The notes beneath the pieces were generated by a model. The model searched no databases. It was not told the DNA's origin and worked only from the letters and a program-made list of their open reading frames with translations. The translations under genes and the position numbers were made by a program. Positions 57,505 to 64,000 of a DNA stretch of 64,000 nt are shown here, piece by piece. Positions within the stretch are counted from its first letter, which is position 1. Each line of letters begins with the position of its first letter. This stretch comes from Octopus sinensis (taxonomy: Eukaryota), in NCBI RefSeq assembly GCF_006345805.1, contig NC_043001.1, forward strand, positions 106,702,001 to 106,766,000, given 5' to 3'.

Positions 57505-57630
57505 TTCTTCTTCTTCTTCTTCTTCTTCTTCTTCTTCTTCTTCTTCTTCTTCTTCTTCTTCTTCTTCTTCTTCTTCTTCTTCTTCTTCTTCTTCTTCTTC
57601 TTCTTCTTCTTCTTCTTCTTCTTCTTCTTC
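57505..57630. repeat. (TTC)n microsatellite
   Basis: About 42 perfect units. Confidence 0.97.
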
Positions 57631-58397
57631 TTTCTTTCTTTTCTTCGAATATATCTATGTGCTAAATTAGCGATATTTACACAATCTCCTGTGTATTTTG
57701 TGTGACATTAGTAAAATTTATGAAGTTAAGGGCTAAACACGTTTGAAAAATGCAAGGAGGTAGTCAGTTGGTGGTTTGTGGTGTCGGTAGCGGACGTGAG
57801 TGCGAAGAAAGCAAGCTTTCCGTTATGAAATTCCTATAAAGGCATATGGAATTTAATTGCTGTTGTTTAGTATCAGATCTGTTCTAATTGAAGGAATCTG
57901 CTACCAGAGGCATCCCCAACCATTTCATACATTTTGTACACGTCGGTCTACGAATTAAGTATTTCTCTAAGGCGGGAGGAGTGGCTGTGTGGTAATAAGT
58001 TTGCTTCACTACCACATGGGTCAGGGGTCTGTCCCACTGCGTGGCACCTTGGTCAAGTATCTTCTGCCGTAGCCTTGGGCCGACTAAAGCCTTGTAAGTG
58101 GGTTTGGTTGACAGAAACCGAGAGAGGCGGAGAGCTGGCAGAAACGTTCGCACGTCGGGCGAAATGCTTAGCGGTGTTTCGTCTGCCGCTACGTTCTGAG
58201 TTCAATTTCCGCCGAGGTCGACTTTGCCTTTCATCCTTTCGGGGTCGATTAAATAAATACCTGTTACGAACTGGGGTCGATATAATCGACTTAATCCGTT
58301 TGCCTGTCCTTGTTTGTCTCCTCTGTGTAGCCCCTTGTGGGTAGTAAAGAAATAAGAAAGTGAGAGAGGCGCATATATATGTATACACACACACACA

Positions 58398-58448
<51 letters not shown>

Positions 58449-59010
58449 ATATATAAATATATGCATATATACATACATATACGTACATACCTACATATAT
58501 ATGTATATATTCATGCATGTATGGGTACAGGACATAAAAAAAACGTTGAACACAATGAGAAACGAAAACGTAAAAACAAAAACATAGAAACGAACTTTTT
58601 TTCAAACAACGAAAAAAAACTGAGAAACGAGACATACAACATAAAGAATATTCCCCTTCTTCAGTTGTCCCTGTTTCATCTATTCCGCGTTGCGAAGGTA
58701 AGGACACGACGCGACTCCGTTGAAACAGTCCTTCCCGCAAAGCAAATTAAATAAAATTTGGGTGTTTTTTGCGGAGGGTGAAAGTGGTAACAAGAACAGG
58801 ACAGTATGAACAAAACAGTGAAAATGATAAAAAAGTAAAAACAGTAAAAGACGGAACAATGAAAAGAGATAGACAGAGAAGAGATAGTAAAGAAGAAGAG
58901 TGCGCATCATAATTATTCAGATAAAACTTACTTGGAAAAGGATGCAGGGCATTCGATCATATAATATATAATATATATATAATATATAATATGATATAAT
59001 ATATAATATA

Positions 59011-59054
<44 letters not shown>

Positions 59055-60209
59055 ATTATATATATATATATATATATATGCATATATACATACACATGTA
59101 TATATGCATATATTACATTTCTAAATATCTCAGAGAGATATGAGCAGAGAGAGAGAGAGAGAGAGCGGTTGTATACTGTCAACATAACGTCACAGTCCCG
59201 TAAAAGGAATTACTAGACTGATGACGGGCTTCTTTCAGTTTCTGTCTATGAAATCCACTCACAAGGCTTTGGTCGGCCCGAGGCTATAATAGAAGACACT
59301 GGCCCAAGGTACCACGCAGTGGGACTGAACCTGGTACTATGTGGTTGGTGAGCAAGCTTCTTATCACACAGGCACAAAATATATATAATACATACACACG
59401 CCGTTTCGAAGATCGAAATTACGATCTTGCGATCATGTGGTCGATTTGTTCGACTTAAGCCAGCAAGGTGGTGCCCCTGCATGACCGGAATCATGTATGT
59501 ACGTACGTGTGTTGTGTGTGTGTGTGTGTGTGTATGTGTGTGTGTATGTGTGTGTGTGTGTTTCAGTCCATGTGTGATTCATCATTACATATTACAATAA
59601 ATGACCAATTATGATGTATCTCAATTAACTACAGCTAATTGCGTGAACTCATCAATAAAATATATCAGAATGATGGACGTTTCCCATTTGTCTCTCTCCT
59701 TTATGTTTTCCCTTTTTCTCTCCTCAATCCAGGCTCTCTCCCTCTCTGTCTTCCATATGTCTCCTCCTGTGTCTCTCCCACCGCCTCTGTTGCCTTCTAT
59801 ATGTCTGCCAACCAGTGTCTGACTGTCTCTCCGGATCATTCCTAACTTATCAACAACACTGTAGACATTCAAACACAGAGTATCTTATTCTGGCATCATC
59901 TATATTGTCCTCTATCAGTTTAGCCGCTCCGCGCTGGAAACAAAACTCTAGACCCAATGACGTCAGCACTTCTCGTTACTATTTTTGCTATCATATCTGT
60001 GTGCGCCTCACTATATATGCATTGGAGTTTTGTTGTTGTGTTGTTGTTGTTGTTGATGACGATGTTTTTTTTGCTATATTATAATCGAAAATTATATTTG
60101 ATTTACTACTATTGTCAAAAATATTGTTATTATCAAAAATAGTATTATACCTATTATTTCCAGAATTACAATTGTAATATTGTTGTTCCTGTCGGTGTTG
60201 TTGTTGTTG

Positions 60210-60267
<58 letters not shown>

Positions 60268-60462
60268 ATTTACTGATGGTGTTGATGGTGTTGATGGTGG
60301 TGGTGGTGGTGGTGGTGGTGGTGGTAATGGCGGTGCGCTGTTGATGACGCTGATCATCTTATTTAAAACCCATCTTGATTGTTTGATATGCTTTCTCGAA
60401 GATTCATTAAACCCATTAGAATGAAATTAACTCTAGCTCCCTAGATGCTTCCCACTCCCCCC

Positions 60463-60541
<79 letters not shown>

Positions 60542-61232
60542 TGTGTATGTATGTATGTATAGCATAAATAATATGTATATATATCATAAATAATGATATC
60601 ATTATTAATAAATAATAATAATATAGGTGGCTAGTTACACTACTGCCTTTTGGTTTATATATATATATACACATATATACACACATACATACGTATGTAT
60701 GTTTATGTAGATATGCGTGCGTGCGAGCATGTCTGTGTTATATGGACATACATACATACATACATACATACACACACACAAACATACATACATACATACA
60801 TACATATACATACATATACATATACATACATACATACATACATACATACATACATGCATGCATGCATGCATACATACATATACATACATATATATACATA
60901 CATAAATACATACATACATACATACATACATGGTGGCTGCCCCCTCGTCATCGAGTATGGCCATTGCACGAAGCTTAATCAATGTTGTTATCGGGCATTG
61001 CCTGTGCAAGAAGATTTTTTTTTAAAGTGAGGTAAGGCGAGTCAATCCCACTCACTAAGCAACAGCAGACATAATCCGAAAAGAAGAACAAGTCAACATC
61101 ATCGGTAACCACTGAGCCGCAGGTTTTATGTCGGAGTTATCCCAGTTTCCTGAGTTACCTTCTCCTAGAAGGATGCCCTAACAAAGGCTAGGAGTCCTTC
61201 ATACATACATACATACATACATACATAATACA

Positions 61233-61267
<35 letters not shown>

Positions 61268-61441
61268 GTATTTGTGCGTGCGTGCGCGTGTGTGTGCACC
61301 ATGTACTCATTGATATCTTCGGCTGACTCTCTCTGTCTCTGTTTCCCTTCTGTCATACACACACATACACATACACATACACATATACACAAACACACAC
61401 ACACAAACATACACATATATATGTGTGCGCGTATATGTATA

Positions 61442-61970
61442 CAGTAATACCTCATTTAACGAGGATCCGCTTTAGGAGACCCAGGAGTTACGAGTTTTAT
61501 TTTCCAAGCACAAGATCCAAATTTTGAGCCAAATGTAAATGTTTCTATCCCCATAACAAATGCATCTATGTGTTACTGAGAAATTTATGGAGAGCGGAAA
61601 CTCTAGGCTTGTTTTTTTTAAAAAGCAATCTACAAGTCCCGTCTACGAGTGCTTGTGAATCGGTGATCACGTCCAAAGTTGATGGTGTGCATTAGTCTAG
61701 ACCGAGTGAAAGTGATTCAGAAAACGATTATAATTAATAATGAATCTTTTTTTTTTTGTTATAAACGATCTTGACACACTTTTTACTTAACATAAAATAT
61801 TCTTTACATTCAATTTTTGTTTTATTGCCATTCATTTACGAGGATTATAGATGTTATAGGTACGAATTACGATTTATCACATTGCTACTATGGGAAATTA
61901 TTGCTCTGCTTTATGAGTTTTTGTTTTACGAGCGATCTCCGGAAACAAATTAAGTCGTATACCGAGGTAT
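61442..61970. mobile_element. Tigger/pogo-like MITE, degenerate
   Basis: TA|cagtaatacctc left end and cgaggtat right end. Confidence 0.5.
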
Positions 61971-64000
61971 ATATAATCGTACGCACACACAGACGCACAC
62001 CATCGCATGTATGTGTGTATATATGCGTGTGTATATGTATAGCCATCTACGTATCATACTTAATGTATACACACTATCGATAGGTCAGTTGCTGCAGTGT
62101 TTGTACTGAAATAGTATATCTTATGGACTTGCTATGTTAAAAGCTGTCAGCGAGAGGAGCAGATACATTTTGGCAATCCTGGGACCTTTCGAAACGGCGA
62201 GCACTCGCAACCAGCCACATGCTCAGACATGTTCCTGAGTCATAAATCTCATCCTAATTTTGAACAGGAAATTTGAAAAGAAAAATTATTATATTTAAAT
62301 TCTATCAAATGAAGTTTATGTTTAACAAAACCTTGCATTTTATGCCGTAAAGGTATTAATCACTAAACTGCATCCATCGAAAACTATCAGTATTTCCTAC
62401 ACCAGACTCAGAAAAATGAAATGAAGGCAAAAAATATCACTTAAACATCACTGACTGAGAGATGATTCGAAGAGCTGCTAGAGGAGTTAAAGTGTCAGGC
62501 AATGAATTCGAGGATTCTCCGAGGGTTGTTAGGGAATGTGCATCATTCTTCTCATATGGTGACGCTTTTTACCAATATAAGAACCTTACAGCATGCAAGC
62601 GAGAGGAAGTTCAGGGAAAGAGTTATCGAAAGAGACGATAAGAAACCACTAACACTGAGATCGGAAATACAGGAATATGCCATGCTTGGTGTGTCCGGGT
62701 GTTCAGGAATTTCTAACAAGAAGGGCGCTTAGATTTTTATCTCTTTTAAAGAATAGGAATAACTGGTACTCCATTGGTTGCGACGATGAATGACGACGAT
62801 GGTTCCAGGTGAACCGATGAATGGAACAGCCTGCTCGTGAAATCAACGTGCAAATGGCTGAGCACTCCACAGACACACGTACCCTTAATGTAGTTCTCAG
62901 GGAGATTCAACGTAACACTGAATGTGATAAGTCCAGCCCTTTGAAATACAAGTACTACTCATATTTGGCAACTGAGTGGACTGGAGCAACGCGAAATAAA
63001 GCGTCTTGCTCAAGGACACAATGTGTCGCCAGGAATCGAACTCACAACCTTACGATCTTGAATCGAGTGCCCTAACCATTTCATAAGCAAAAGACGAGAG
63101 AAGTTGTATCAACCGAACAGCTTGATATCGTTCCTGTCATATTTGAAACCTCGGTATTAACCGAATAATAAACGAAATGTATTTTCTATGGCCAATCCCA
63201 AACCGATTAGACGAGGACTGACGGAGCAAGCAATGTATATCATAGAACAAACAACATCTACGAAGAAGAGGTCGTTAAGATTTGAACAGTATGGCTGGGT
63301 GTTGACGAAATGCAATATTGCATTAGACACATAGTGTAACACCGGAAGGAAAAGAGAGAGAGAGCGAGGTGGGGAGAGAGGGAGAAAAGCAATAAAGCAA
63401 CAATTCGGTTCCAATTTGTTGTTAAAGTTTAACATCTGTTTGACATCTGCAACGAAAAACTTTTGACATCTCATAAATCCTCCCCTAAATTAGATTCGAG
63501 AGAACAAAATGAAGTGACCCTGAAACCAGTATGAAATAACAACCAGTAATTTACTGCGAGGCTGTCTCCTTACAACAAATACATTACATTACAATTTACA
63601 TCAGAACTGGTGTAGATTTTGCCCTTTGCGCATGATATAACACTGAAACTTGATAAAACAAATAAATACTGTTTGTTCAACAAGATAGGCCACAATTTGT
63701 GAGGATATGTATGTGTGTGATTCTTATCACTTCTAAATTCACTTGCTTATATCAACACATTACTGATACACATATAATTGACTCCAGAAGTCTGAATGTC
63801 TAAATCAATGGCTCTGAACCGGTATCCACATGACACTTGGGGGTCCATATAAGATTCTGTTGTCCAAATTTATGTGTAAGAAATTGACTATCCTTCTAGA
63901 TTACACAATAGTTTTACAAGTTTTTAATAAATTTCTAACGATATTTAATTATAAAAATATAGGATTTTTTAAAACATTGAATGGCTACGGGGATCCATCT

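Noticed and set aside
57421-57705. Poly-Phe and poly-Ser ORFs
   Set aside because: (TTC)n microsatellite.
58650-58745. Hammerhead at gaaacagtc
   Set aside because: No CUGANGA box in the correct position on the same strand.

Overview
AT-rich, repeat-dense animal genomic DNA. The SINE, LINE and MITE complement looks like Octopus (coleoid cephalopod); this is an inference. Three intron-containing housekeeping genes, only fragmentarily seen by the ORF track, can be rebuilt exon by exon with GT-AG sites and matching phases. NAF1 (H/ACA snoRNP assembly factor, minus strand, starts 14692, runs off the left edge) is head-to-head with TIM23 (plus strand, 15161-25096, 204 aa); CHCHD1/mS37 follows (plus strand, 30115-43981, 119 aa). 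The rest is mostly mobile DNA: a 5'-truncated RTE-clade LINE with a PHD-type finger inserted in its RT and a 17-copy 3'UTR array (50.6-53.7 kb), many RTE 3' ends, tRNA-derived SINEs, CR1, Dong/R4 and Penelope relics, a defective mariner, and several MITE families. Two signals stand out. First, eight hammerhead-ribozyme-like relic loci, mostly embedded in or next to fold-back palindromes and one directly after a Penelope GIY-YIG remnant. Second, a 26-nt hairpin/pseudoknot-like module that is repeatedly amplified in tandem, in LINE 3'UTRs and as a stand-alone array.
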